A stretch of 64,000 nt of DNA from an uncultured Bacilli bacterium. Lineage in GTDB: Bacteria > Bacillota_I > Bacilli_A > RF39 > UBA660. Position 1 is the stretch's first letter. Every line of letters begins with the position of its first letter. Both the position numbers and the translations under genes were made by a program. The stretch is taken from NCBI GenBank assembly GCA_963931685.1, contig OZ007038.1:810940-874939 (forward strand). Direction: 5' to 3'. Under the pieces are notes generated by a model. That model saw only the letters and a program-made list of their open reading frames with translations, ran no database searches and was not told where the DNA came from. Of this stretch, positions 9,122-19,222 are shown piece after piece.

Positions 9122-9463
9122 TTAACCATCCTTATTTTGTGATTTTAAAATGTTTTTATATTCAATTAAACTAATAATCTCTCTCTTGTCATTTTCACTC
9201 AATTCATTAAAACCTCTAGCAAACGCAATATCATTACTATTTATTGTATGCTCTTCTGCTGTTAATTCGTCCATACTTATATTGTATAATTTTGAAAAAT
9301 TTATTAGTTCTTGCAAATCAATTTTTCTATCCCCTTTTTCAATTCTCAAAATTGCATCTCTTCCTAATCCTAAAATATCTGCAACTTGTTCTTGTGTAAG
9401 CCCCATATATTTTCTAAGCTTTCTTAATCTTTCACCTATCTTTTTATAATCTAATCCTTTCAT
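9122..9463 (-). CDS. XRE-family HTH transcriptional regulator
   Basis: HTH_3 pattern (IGERLRKLRKYMGLTQEQVADILGLGRDAILRIEKGDRK). Preferred start is ATG 9463 (MKGLDYKK). The gene lies directly upstream of the ImmA-Fic gene. Confidence 0.8.
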   Translation of the reverse strand: MKGLDYKKIGERLRKLRKYMGLTQEQVADILGLGRDAILRIEKGDRKIDLQELINFSKLYNISMDELTAEEHTINSNDIAFARGFNELSENDKREIISLIEYKNILKSQNKDG

Positions 9464-9620
9464 ATACAACACCCCAAAATATATAATTTCATTTATATTA
9501 TACACAAAAAAATGTTGGAAATGTCAACATTTTTATTAAAACGAAAAATTAATTCTTTTTCATAGAATTCATCTTTTTATTATTTGTTTAAAACTTTATA
9601 AATAAAAAGCGAGAGCTAAA

Positions 9621-9635
9621 GCTCTCTTCAGGGGG
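9621..9635 (+). repeat. left copy of the 15-bp direct repeat (candidate att core)
   Basis: GCTCTCTTCAGGGGG, identical to 25834-25848. It forms part of a minus-strand terminator hairpin, GAGAGC-TTTA-GCTCTC followed by a T run. Confidence 0.6.
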
Positions 9636-9739
9636 GCCTGCTCTCTTCAGTTAGAAGAGACCAAATTGTGTTAAACCCTTTAAATATGGGCCTTTTTATA
9701 TTGGTACAAACCGTCATTTACCGTGGTTTTTTAGTATTT

Positions 9740-9762
9740 TTGTACCTAAATTGTACCTAAAA
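9740..9762 (+). repeat. 23-nt repeat TTGTACCTAAATTGTACCTAAAA (candidate arm-type recombinase sites), left copy
   Basis: Identical to 25741-25763. It is itself two tandem TTGTACCTAAA units. Extra GTACC(T/A)A copies lie at 9772-9778 and, inverted, at 9703-9709. Confidence 0.6.
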
Positions 9763-9790
9763 AAAGAATTAGTACCTATTATACTAACTC

Positions 9791-10141
9791 TCAAAATGAA
9801 TACTTTTCTCCAAATAATTTACTTTCAATTATACACAATATAGCATACCCTAAAATGAATAGAAATGCTACTAAGTACAGATTAGTTATAAATTTAGTTA
9901 TCATTAAAAATAAACCTGTTAATATTGCATAGTTAAATAAAAAACCAAGGCTACCAATGAATTTTACATCCCCATCATACCATGTACCTGTTAAAAAATA
10001 TGCGAGTGGTATAAGAGCACCTCCGAATATCCAATTAACTATTTCCGCCGTTCCAGGATTCTTAATTAAATTAGTAAATGGATTAGGTATTAAAAATTGT
10101 CTTACTAAATAGCTAATTACTTTAATCAAATGATACAACAT
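9791..10141 (-). CDS. small integral membrane protein, unknown function
   Basis: 116 aa with three to four hydrophobic helices. Confidence 0.5.
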   Translation of the reverse strand: MLYHLIKVISYLVRQFLIPNPFTNLIKNPGTAEIVNWIFGGALIPLAYFLTGTWYDGDVKFIGSLGFLFNYAILTGLFLMITKFITNLYLVAFLFILGYAILCIIESKLFGEKYSF

Positions 10142-10228
10142 ATCACCCCCTAAATTTAATAAATATTATACCACAGTATTTCTATAATTTAACTAAAAAA
10201 AGTCTGGAGCAATTCCAGACTCATCTTA

Positions 10229-10924
10229 TCAATCAATCTTATTTGGATTTAGCAATTCATTAATTGATTCATTATATTCTTCCCATTTTGGACAATATTT
10301 ATCCATAAGTAACTTAAAATTATTATTGTGTTTTCTTTCAATTAAATGAATTAACTCATGAATTATTACATATTTAATCTCAGTATCTTTCTTTTTGGCT
10401 AAATCTAAATTAAATATTATTTCTTTCTTATCAGTATTACAACTGCCCCATTTGTTTTTCATTTTTCTAATAGAATAATTTTTAGCTTTAACTCCAATTA
10501 GTTCTTCTAGTACTGGCATAAACTTTTCTATTTTAACTTGTAAATTATCTTTGTAAAATGAATTTAATAGACGCTCTTTATTATCAATACTTGAAGATTT
10601 TCTAACATACATTGCAATTATATTATTTTTTTCTATTTTAACACTTGGAACATTTGAATCATAAACTCTTAAAATATAACGTTTTCCATTTAAATAATGA
10701 TCTTCTCCAGAAACATATTCTCTTTTAGTAATACGATTTTGTTCTTCATATTTTTTTAGTTGATTCTTTATCCACTCGTCTTTTGAAATGATCATTGCTT
10801 TTATTTTCGATATATCCATATTTTTAGGAACTGACGCCTTAATAGATAAATCAGGATATACCTTAAGATTTATGTTTTTTACATCTTTTCTATTTATTTC
10901 AATATTATAGTTATTTATTAACAT
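10229..10924 (-). CDS. DUF45/YgjP-like zinc metallohydrolase (M48-like), R-M associated
   Basis: 231 aa with HELIHLIERKHN (HEXXH). It lies 6 nt downstream of hsdR, and DUF45 genes commonly accompany type I R-M loci. Confidence 0.65.
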   Translation of the reverse strand: MLINNYNIEINRKDVKNINLKVYPDLSIKASVPKNMDISKIKAMIISKDEWIKNQLKKYEEQNRITKREYVSGEDHYLNGKRYILRVYDSNVPSVKIEKNNIIAMYVRKSSSIDNKERLLNSFYKDNLQVKIEKFMPVLEELIGVKAKNYSIRKMKNKWGSCNTDKKEIIFNLDLAKKKDTEIKYVIIHELIHLIERKHNNNFKLLMDKYCPKWEEYNESINELLNPNKID

Positions 10925-10930
10925 TTATAC

Positions 10931-13900
10931 CTAACACCCTCTTGTATTTTTCCATAAATTAAAGATTTCATCAGCTTTTGCCTCATCATCTAATTGCATT
11001 AATAATGATAGCTTTAATTCTTTTTGTTTCATCTTAGAATCCATGAAGTCTTTAGGTACATTATTAATTAAAAATTCATAAAGATCAAGTGTTTTATTTT
11101 CATCACTATCTAATATGTCATATAATCCTCTTAATCTTGTGTTATGTATAGAATTAGGATAATGACCACTTAATTCTGGATTTTTAACTTTCTTAACAAG
11201 TTCTATTAACTTTTCTAAATATGCCTGATAATCAAGATTTTGTTCTTTCTTTAGCTCTATTAACTCACTCAACAATTCTGACATTTTACTATAATATCTA
11301 GGATTTTTATTTTGATTGTTAATTATTGTTGAAGCAATATTATTTTCAATTGCTAAAGCCATTGCTTTTTTATTTTTTCTAAATCCTTTAGGCATAATTT
11401 CAGTTGCCTTATCAAGTCCACTAGCTACTATTACATCTAGCAATGTGGCCTCATCTAATTTATATTGCAATTCAGAAGTATCTGCTCCAATATAATTATC
11501 AATCATATATCTCATTGAACTATCATAATTTTTTAGTTCAATATAATCACCTGCAGATTTCATCACTTCATCTCTAGCATTATTGTAATAATTAACATCA
11601 CTCTTTATTTGTTGAATTTCTTCTCTAGAGTATCCTGCCTTAGTCATCTCATCTGCTATATTTGTATAAGCTATTACCAAATCTGAAACTGCATCATAAA
11701 ATTCAATTCTTTTAGATTCAGTATTTTTTAAATTTTCTTCTCTTGACTCACTTATTGTATCAAGATCTTGGGCAACAAAGTAATGCAAAAATTCAAGAGT
11801 TCCTTTGGGATTCTCAATAGGTTCACAAATAGATTTTATTTTCTTTAAAGCATTATTTAATCTATCACTACAGAACTTTAATCTATCTTTTAGTAACCCC
11901 GTAATATCTTCTTTATCAAAATTATCAAATGCACCATTAGTATAATTTTCTACTGCTCCCTCAATATTTTCAAATAAATCTTTATAATCAACTATGTAAC
12001 CTAAATCTTTACCTGCATCAAGTCTATTTACACGACATATAGCTTGAAATAACCCGTGGTCTTGCATTTTCTTATCAATGTATAAATAAGTTGCAGAAGG
12101 TGCGTCAAAGCCTGTTAAAAGTCTATCTACTACTATTAATACTTTCATTTCAGAAGGACTATTAATAAACTTATGAATTGCATCATCTTCAAAACATTGA
12201 GTATAATCATCGTGCTCATTATCGCTTCTTAATTTAGGATATTTATTTTTATCCCACATTTTATCATACACTTCGTAAATTTTTTGTTTATCAGATATTG
12301 TAAATTCACCATCTTCTTCGCCTTTAATATCTGTTACGTATGGTGAATATGAAGATATAATTGCACATTTATCAAAACCTTTTGTTTGAAAGATTTCCCA
12401 ATATCGACATGCTTCATAAATAGAACTTGCTACTAGCATTGCAGTTCCTTTATTCTGTTCAAGTCTTGGGATTTTTTCAAAATCAAATATTATATCCTTT
12501 ACTATTTCTTCCAATCTACTACCTGAGCTAGTAATGCTTTGAAGATTGCCCCATCTTTCTTTCAATTTTTGTTTAGCATATTCATTTAAACCTGCAGTTT
12601 TCGCTTCAAACCACTCATCAATTTTTGCTTTATTATTAATTCTTTGTTCTACGTTTCTTGATTCATAGCATAAATCAACAACTATTCCATCCTTTACTGC
12701 TTGATCAAATTTATATGTATGAATATACTTCCCAAATTTTTCTAATGTTGTAGCTTTTGATTTTTTCATTAATGGAGTTCCAGTAAAACCGAAAAATGTT
12801 GCATTAGGTAACAAGCGTTTCATTTCATCATGTAACAATCCAGCCTGAGTCCTATGACATTCATCTACGAATACAAACAAATCTCCTTTAGCAGAAAACT
12901 CTTCGTTTTTATATTTAGTTAATTCTTTAACATACTCAGAATAGTTTTTGTCTAATTCCTCATCAACCGAACTACCTACTTTATGTATTAAAGAGCAAAT
13001 TAATCTGCCATTAGAATAATCATTTAATGATTTTAATAGATCACTACTGCTGGTTGCTCTATGAATCCTTTCACCTGTACTTTCAAAAACATCTTTTATT
13101 TGTTTATCTAATTCTTTTCTATCAGTAAATATTAATACTCTTGAATTATCAATATGAGATAAAATCCATTTTGCAATTAAGACCATCGATAATGATTTCC
13201 CTGATCCTTGAGTATGCCATATTATTCCACCTTCATGCTTTAAAGCGAATTCTCTTGCGTTTGTTACTCCAAAATACTGATTATATCTTGGGACTTTTTT
13301 AATACCACCGTCAAATACGATGAAATTATCTAATAAATCAATTAATCTTTCTTTTTCAAATAATGATGGTATTTGTTGATCTATTAATAATTCATTTTTG
13401 TTAATAAGATCATTCACTTTTTCATGTAACTTACCGATAGCTTTATAATCTTCTATCCATGGTAGATAATATTTTGCTGGAGTTAACGTTGTTGCATACT
13501 TTAAGCCTTCAGAATCATTTCCCGCTACTATAAATTGAATTGTTGTAAAAAATCTTTCTATGAATATTGGCTTTTGATTATCAAGGTTTTGTCTTATTCC
13601 TTCATTTATAGATACAGTACTTCTTTTTAATTCTATTACACCAATTGCAATACCATTTATATATATAACTATATCTGGCCTTTTCTCATTTTGACCTCTA
13701 TAAGTTACTTCTTCAGCAACATAAAAATCATTATTGTTAAAATCTTCATAATCTATAAAATATACCTTTTCCTCTTTTTGGCCAATGTATAATGTAATTC
13801 CTTTACCATATTTTAATAATTCATATACCTCTTTATTAACTTCATATAACGATTTTGTTTCATTATGAGCAACTTTTTTTAACTCAGCTATTGCTTTACT

Positions 13901-14083
13901 AGCTAATTCTTCAGGATATTTTTTTATTAAAAATTTTAGTAATAATTCTTCCTCAATATTAGAATTATTTTCTCTATCTTCAAAATTACCAAGATAAGTA
14001 TATTTAAGTTTTTCTTCAAACACTTTGTGTAATAATCTATCTTGAGTTTTAATTTCTAATTCATTTACACTACCACTACTCAT
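10931..14083 (-). CDS. hsdR: type I restriction enzyme R subunit
   Basis: 1050 aa. Helicase motif I is HTQGSGKSLSMV and motif II is VFVDECHRTQ. It overlaps hsdS. Confidence 0.9.
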   Translation of the reverse strand: MSSGSVNELEIKTQDRLLHKVFEEKLKYTYLGNFEDRENNSNIEEELLLKFLIKKYPEELASKAIAELKKVAHNETKSLYEVNKEVYELLKYGKGITLYIGQKEEKVYFIDYEDFNNNDFYVAEEVTYRGQNEKRPDIVIYINGIAIGVIELKRSTVSINEGIRQNLDNQKPIFIERFFTTIQFIVAGNDSEGLKYATTLTPAKYYLPWIEDYKAIGKLHEKVNDLINKNELLIDQQIPSLFEKERLIDLLDNFIVFDGGIKKVPRYNQYFGVTNAREFALKHEGGIIWHTQGSGKSLSMVLIAKWILSHIDNSRVLIFTDRKELDKQIKDVFESTGERIHRATSSSDLLKSLNDYSNGRLICSLIHKVGSSVDEELDKNYSEYVKELTKYKNEEFSAKGDLFVFVDECHRTQAGLLHDEMKRLLPNATFFGFTGTPLMKKSKATTLEKFGKYIHTYKFDQAVKDGIVVDLCYESRNVEQRINNKAKIDEWFEAKTAGLNEYAKQKLKERWGNLQSITSSGSRLEEIVKDIIFDFEKIPRLEQNKGTAMLVASSIYEACRYWEIFQTKGFDKCAIISSYSPYVTDIKGEEDGEFTISDKQKIYEVYDKMWDKNKYPKLRSDNEHDDYTQCFEDDAIHKFINSPSEMKVLIVVDRLLTGFDAPSATYLYIDKKMQDHGLFQAICRVNRLDAGKDLGYIVDYKDLFENIEGAVENYTNGAFDNFDKEDITGLLKDRLKFCSDRLNNALKKIKSICEPIENPKGTLEFLHYFVAQDLDTISESREENLKNTESKRIEFYDAVSDLVIAYTNIADEMTKAGYSREEIQQIKSDVNYYNNARDEVMKSAGDYIELKNYDSSMRYMIDNYIGADTSELQYKLDEATLLDVIVASGLDKATEIMPKGFRKNKKAMALAIENNIASTIINNQNKNPRYYSKMSELLSELIELKKEQNLDYQAYLEKLIELVKKVKNPELSGHYPNSIHNTRLRGLYDILDSDENKTLDLYEFLINNVPKDFMDSKMKQKELKLSLLMQLDDEAKADEIFNLWKNTRGC

Positions 14084-15269
14084 AACTTAACCTCACTTTA
14101 CCAGTTAACAAATCTTCCATCATTCCATCTTTTATCTTTTTATACTTAGATAGCTTTTCATTTAATAACTCTATCTCATTATCCATATTCATTAAAATAT
14201 TTGCATATTCTATTTGCTCATTAGTATCTGAAGGGACGCAAATTGAATATTCCATAAATCTCTTTTTTGGCAAATTATATCTTGTTGATCCTTGTGCTAA
14301 TTTCTTTATTATATTTCTTCCATATTTACTTCTATAAAAATATGATAAATATAAATTATTAATCGAATGGTCAGTAATTCTAAATCCAAAACAAAAACTA
14401 TTTAAATATAGCTCATCTATATCAAAATTAATTGTAGAACAAAGAGCAACCTCTTCTGGAGTTTCAGATGATGTGTTAAAAAACAAGTCACCTTTTTGTA
14501 CTTTTTTTTGAACATTGTTGCAATAAAATTTTTCAAATTGTTGTTCCTTTACAATTGGATTACCCAAAACATTTAAAAAAGTAATATATTTTTTGTTACC
14601 ATCTTTAAAATTTTCCGATTTCATTCCACTTAATCCATTATATGCATATCCTATTTTATTCAAACAAATTGTCTTTAACTCACTTTTAAAATTATTTTTA
14701 TCAAATAATATATTCATTGTTTGTTTCTTAATTTTTTCTTTTTTTAGTATTAAAAACTGCAATGAATTAATTAAATTATCTATGTTAATAAAAGTTTTTG
14801 CTATTGCACGTTGTTCGTTTAAATTCTCTGGATAATTAAATGGTATTGAATAAAAATCATCATGATTTAAATCTGGTATAGTACTTGCTCCAGCCTTTTC
14901 TAATATTAAATTTTGTATACTTTTTAGATTTAAATAATATACTAAATAATCTTTATCTATTTTAGATCTATCAAAATTTATTCTAAAAAAATTATTGTGA
15001 AAAACTCCAGATACTCCTGTTACTACACGTCCTGTATTTCCTGTCCTTGTCATTAAAACGTCATTGGGGTTACAAACAACTGAATCATTATGATCTTTAT
15101 CATTTATATATTCATCATCACCAACACTATTTAAATGTTGAATTGTTATGTATATCTTATTGTTTTTTCTTTTATGCTTATCTCTTTTTTCAATGTTAAT
15201 TTGAAAGCCCTGATTAACATAACAAATATCCTTCATTGTTTTATATTGCCAGCCAGACCTTTCTAACAT
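14076..15269 (-). CDS. hsdS: type I R-M specificity subunit
   Basis: 397 aa with a two-TRD architecture and conserved spacers (..LLTGKVRL.. C-terminus). Flanked by, and overlapping, hsdM and hsdR. Confidence 0.85.
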   Translation of the reverse strand: MLERSGWQYKTMKDICYVNQGFQINIEKRDKHKRKNNKIYITIQHLNSVGDDEYINDKDHNDSVVCNPNDVLMTRTGNTGRVVTGVSGVFHNNFFRINFDRSKIDKDYLVYYLNLKSIQNLILEKAGASTIPDLNHDDFYSIPFNYPENLNEQRAIAKTFINIDNLINSLQFLILKKEKIKKQTMNILFDKNNFKSELKTICLNKIGYAYNGLSGMKSENFKDGNKKYITFLNVLGNPIVKEQQFEKFYCNNVQKKVQKGDLFFNTSSETPEEVALCSTINFDIDELYLNSFCFGFRITDHSINNLYLSYFYRSKYGRNIIKKLAQGSTRYNLPKKRFMEYSICVPSDTNEQIEYANILMNMDNEIELLNEKLSKYKKIKDGMMEDLLTGKVRLSYE

Positions 15270-17656
15270 TTAAACCCCATCCTTTCCAAATCTTTTAAAA
15301 CTAAAGATTCTAAACCAGATGCTTTTTCAGAAAGTTGATTTAATGTTTCATCATAGTTTTCATATTCGTTTATTATTTTATTTGATAAATCGTAAATTAA
15401 ATCTTCATACTTATCATCAAATTTTCTTTCAATAGATTTAAACCATTTTTTATTTATTATTAAATCTTTTGATGTTTCTTCATCTAATGAATTATACTTA
15501 TCAATTATTAATTTATTCAATGCCTCTTGATGTGTTCTAATATCCTTTTTTAACTCTTTTTGGGATAATAGAATATCAAGTGTTTTATTTAATGTAGATA
15601 TATTATCTTCTGTTTCTTCTTTAATTTTTTCTTTAATTAATTTTTCATTGATCTTTTCATCATCTTTAAAAATTTCTTCATCACCAGTATTTTCTTGTAT
15701 TATTGAATCAAGTTTTTGACATACATCATTTAAATTATCATTTAATTTTTCGATTTTATCATTTTTCTCTTTAAAATATTCTTCAATGACTATTTCTTTT
15801 GGTAACAGATCTGAATCAAACTCATTCTTCTTAATCTTACCATTTTTATCTTGAGCAAAAACTATTTTAGGGATCCAACCATTTTCTATAATTAAATAAA
15901 AATCATCTTTTAAAGTATCATTAAAATATTCCATTAAATATTCATATGCTTCATATTTATCAATCAATTCATCCTTATCAAAAATATTTAAAATTTTATC
16001 AGATAATGTATTAATTATTTGTTTTACATTGCTATTTAAATTTGTTGAATATAGTAAATCCTTATTTTCTTGCTCCCAAATATTTATCTTTTTATTTAAA
16101 GCTACAGAATAATTAATAAATTCTTCAGAGTTCGTTATTTCTTCATTAAGATTATCCTTATCAACCATTAAGTCAAGATAGCCAACTTTTTTATTGTTGT
16201 TAAATAATTTGTTTCTTAATTTTGGTGCAATATTCCAATACTTAGATAATCTATCAATATCTGCTTTGGGAATACCACCAAGTAAATGAGCTCTTATATC
16301 TTGAATGACTTCATCATCAAAAGAATCAATATATCTTGGAATATTTAGATTATACTCCTCCTTTTCAATATCTTTCATAGAAACACTTTTTGAATAATGT
16401 TCTATTTCGATTTTATTTAAGTATGTATCAGTTATCTTCTTAATATCTTCTTCCCTTAATTTATTTTTATTACCATCTTTAACAAAATACTTACTAGCGT
16501 CTATCATAAATATATTTTTTCTATTACTAGCTTCTTTTTTATCTAAAACAATTATACAAGCGGGAATCCCGGTACCATAAAACAAGTTAGCTGGCAAGCC
16601 AATAATTCCTTCTATAAAACCACTTTTTAATAAATTTTTCCTAATTAATTCTTCTTGCCCACTTCTAAATAAAACTCCATGTGGAAGAATTATAGCACCT
16701 CGGCCATTAACTGAATTCATGGATTTTAACATATGGAGTAAAAAAGCATAATCACCACAATTGTCTGGAGGAGTTCCAAAACCTGTAAATCTATCAAAAT
16801 TATTTTCTGCAGTTAAATCTGTATTCCATTTTTTCACTGAAAATGGTGGATTGGCAACGCAAAAGTCAAATGATCTAATTTTTCTATTTTCTAAAAATTG
16901 AGGATTTGTTAATGTATTACCAGATTTTATTTGAGCGGTAGCATTTCCATGTAAAAACATATTCATAACGCAAAGGCCTGCAGTATTGGTATCTTTTTCT
17001 TGACCATATAAATAAACTTTTGAATTATCAACCGCTTCATTTCCAGCTTTTATTAAAAGTGAACCGGAACCACAAGCCATATCATATACTTCAATTGGAC
17101 TCTTTTTAGATTCTGAAATTTTTAATATTTTTGCCATTATTCTTGAAACTTCAGATGGTGTATAAAATTGTCCTTTACTTTTACCTGCTTCTGAAGCAAA
17201 TTGTTTCATTAGATATTCGTACGCATCACCCAAAACATCATTATCATCCGCTCTATTATTGCTAAAGTCTAATTCTGGATCTTGAAATATTTCAACTAAA
17301 CCAGTTAAAGCATCTATCATATCCTTACCTTTGCCAAGTTTATTTTCATCGTTAAAATCTACAACATCTATAACATTTTGCAAATCGTTCTCTTCAGCAA
17401 TTTTTGCTAATATTTTATTAAATTCTTCTCCAATATTTTTCTTACCTTTTAATGAAATCATTGTGTTAAAATTTGCATCAGCTGGTACATCTATTAAAGA
17501 ATCTTTTTTGTTGTAATACTTATCTGTAATAACCTTCATAAATAGAACGATTAAAACATAATCTTTATATTGTGTTGCATCCATTCCACCTTTGCTTCTT
17601 AAAGTATTACAACTATCCCATATTTTACTATATAAAACACTTTTCTTTACTGCCAT
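15263..17656 (-). CDS. hsdM: type I R-M N6-adenine DNA methyltransferase subunit with a long C-terminal coiled-coil extension
   Basis: 797 aa. It has a SAM-binding region (DMACGSGSLL) and the catalytic motif NPPFS. About 300 extra Lys/Glu/Asp-rich residues follow the methylase core. Confidence 0.85.
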   Translation of the reverse strand: MAVKKSVLYSKIWDSCNTLRSKGGMDATQYKDYVLIVLFMKVITDKYYNKKDSLIDVPADANFNTMISLKGKKNIGEEFNKILAKIAEENDLQNVIDVVDFNDENKLGKGKDMIDALTGLVEIFQDPELDFSNNRADDNDVLGDAYEYLMKQFASEAGKSKGQFYTPSEVSRIMAKILKISESKKSPIEVYDMACGSGSLLIKAGNEAVDNSKVYLYGQEKDTNTAGLCVMNMFLHGNATAQIKSGNTLTNPQFLENRKIRSFDFCVANPPFSVKKWNTDLTAENNFDRFTGFGTPPDNCGDYAFLLHMLKSMNSVNGRGAIILPHGVLFRSGQEELIRKNLLKSGFIEGIIGLPANLFYGTGIPACIIVLDKKEASNRKNIFMIDASKYFVKDGNKNKLREEDIKKITDTYLNKIEIEHYSKSVSMKDIEKEEYNLNIPRYIDSFDDEVIQDIRAHLLGGIPKADIDRLSKYWNIAPKLRNKLFNNNKKVGYLDLMVDKDNLNEEITNSEEFINYSVALNKKINIWEQENKDLLYSTNLNSNVKQIINTLSDKILNIFDKDELIDKYEAYEYLMEYFNDTLKDDFYLIIENGWIPKIVFAQDKNGKIKKNEFDSDLLPKEIVIEEYFKEKNDKIEKLNDNLNDVCQKLDSIIQENTGDEEIFKDDEKINEKLIKEKIKEETEDNISTLNKTLDILLSQKELKKDIRTHQEALNKLIIDKYNSLDEETSKDLIINKKWFKSIERKFDDKYEDLIYDLSNKIINEYENYDETLNQLSEKASGLESLVLKDLERMGFKC

Positions 17657-17877
17657 TATTTACTACCTCTCTTTACCACTACTTGTTCTTTATCATTATC
17701 TGGTGATACTTTGCAATCTTTCCTGTTTGAAATTTTAATATTATTTTTTTCATCCAAGTAAAAGATTACAGAATCTCCTTCTTCTATATTCAATGTTTCT
17801 CGAACAATCTTCGGAATAGTAATTTGTCCTTTTGATGTCAACTTTGCTGAAGCTAACAATTCATTTTTTTCCTTCAT
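17656..17877 (-). CDS. AbrB/MazE/SpoVT-type DNA-binding protein
   Basis: 73 aa with LTSKGQITIPKIVRETLNIEEGDSVIFY, the swapped-hairpin AbrB-like motif. Its stop overlaps the hsdM start codon. Confidence 0.7.
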   Translation of the reverse strand: MKEKNELLASAKLTSKGQITIPKIVRETLNIEEGDSVIFYLDEKNNIKISNRKDCKVSPDNDKEQVVVKRGSK

Positions 17878-18005
17878 ATCATTTCTCCTTACTTTCCTTA
17901 CTATAATAAGTATAACATAATTTGTTGATTTTTAAAATAAATTGACATAAATTGTTGCAAAAAATCAATTTTTAAGTGATTAATACAAGGAATTGGAGGA
18001 ATTGT

Positions 18006-18332
18006 ATGATTAGAAAATGTACTGATGAGGATATTTCTGATGAAGAATTAGAGAAAGTAATTAATCCTTTTTATGATAATTATCATGAGTATATTATTAC
18101 TTACATTATGCCTGAGGTAATTGCATTTTATATAGCTAGTTCTTATAGTAGGAATGCTATGTGGGAAGCTACGTTTTATCAGCATTATAATTCAGCTAAG
18201 GATATATTTAATGTTAGTGATGATGAAGATTATGATAAGGTTAAGGCTGAAGTAATTAAACTATTAAGAATGAAGTATTCTTTAGAAATTATTAGTGAAA
18301 ATCCATTAGATTTTAAAAAAATTGAGTATTAG
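18006..18332 (+). CDS. hypothetical protein
   Basis: The ORF has GGAGG 8 nt before ATG 18006 (MIRKCTDED). No motif recognised. Confidence 0.4.
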   Translation: MIRKCTDEDISDEELEKVINPFYDNYHEYIITYIMPEVIAFYIASSYSRNAMWEATFYQHYNSAKDIFNVSDDEDYDKVKAEVIKLLRMKYSLEIISENPLDFKKIEY

Positions 18333-18422
18333 TTTTTGTTCTAATACTCTTTTTGTTTTCCAAAAAACTCACGGAAAATTTATTTTTGCGTGAATGTATG
18401 TGGGCTGTGGGTGTGGAAAAAA

Positions 18423-18794
18423 TTATATTTTTGGATTACCTACCCTCCGGGGGACCTCTAATAATTCATATAATTCTTCTTTTGTTATTATTCCTTTTTC
18501 TGCTTGTTCATGATGCATTCTACATAGTGTAATTAAATTATCACTATCAAGTCTTTTATTATAATCTTTTGCTATTGGTATGATGTGATGTACTTGTAAG
18601 TTATCATATGTATATACATTATCTTTTAAACATAACTGACATAAATACTTATCTCTTTTCTTTATTTGGTTTCTTTTCTTAATCCAAGCATTAGTATTTC
18701 TAAACTTACTTTCTATAGTATTCTTCTTATATGACCTTTTACACATTTTATCTTCTGGATGTATCCTACCACATACTGAACATGATCTATACAT
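18423..18794 (-). CDS. HNH endonuclease
   Basis: 123 aa with Cys pairs (CSVCGR, CQLC) and HHIIPIAKDYNKRLDSDNLITLCRMHH. Confidence 0.8.
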   Translation of the reverse strand: MYRSCSVCGRIHPEDKMCKRSYKKNTIESKFRNTNAWIKKRNQIKKRDKYLCQLCLKDNVYTYDNLQVHHIIPIAKDYNKRLDSDNLITLCRMHHEQAEKGIITKEELYELLEVPRRVGNPKI

Positions 18795-19222
18795 TATTCT
18801 AAATATTTCTTGTCATTACCTTTTAATTTATTAGATGATTTATTAATATACTTTTGCATATCTTCTAATAAAAATCCTGGTATGATTCCTCTTTCTATCC
18901 ATCTAATTGATTTATCATAGTTTCTTTCTTCTTGCTCTGGTGATAATGGTACTATTCCTAATTTGAAGTATCCATCTTTTTTCATTTCTACTAAAATAGA
19001 TAAATAATAATTATTCTTAACTACTTTAGTTTTATCTAAGATATCATGTATAGTTGGCATATAAGTTCTTTCTTTACAAAGTTCTATAATTGCTTTTTTA
19101 AATACTTCTGGTTCTATGTCTTGTAACATTTCATACCATATTGAAATATCATCATTACTAATTACTTTTTGATAACAAGATGATAGTATTTTGATTCCTT
19201 CTACAAAATCTATTTTATCCAT
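18794..19222 (-). CDS. phage-type replication accessory protein (possible helicase-loader-like), hypothetical
   Basis: 142 aa, translationally coupled between the replisome-organizer gene and the HNH gene. The assignment rests on context only. Confidence 0.3.
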   Translation of the reverse strand: MDKIDFVEGIKILSSCYQKVISNDDISIWYEMLQDIEPEVFKKAIIELCKERTYMPTIHDILDKTKVVKNNYYLSILVEMKKDGYFKLGIVPLSPEQEERNYDKSIRWIERGIIPGFLLEDMQKYINKSSNKLKGNDKKYLE

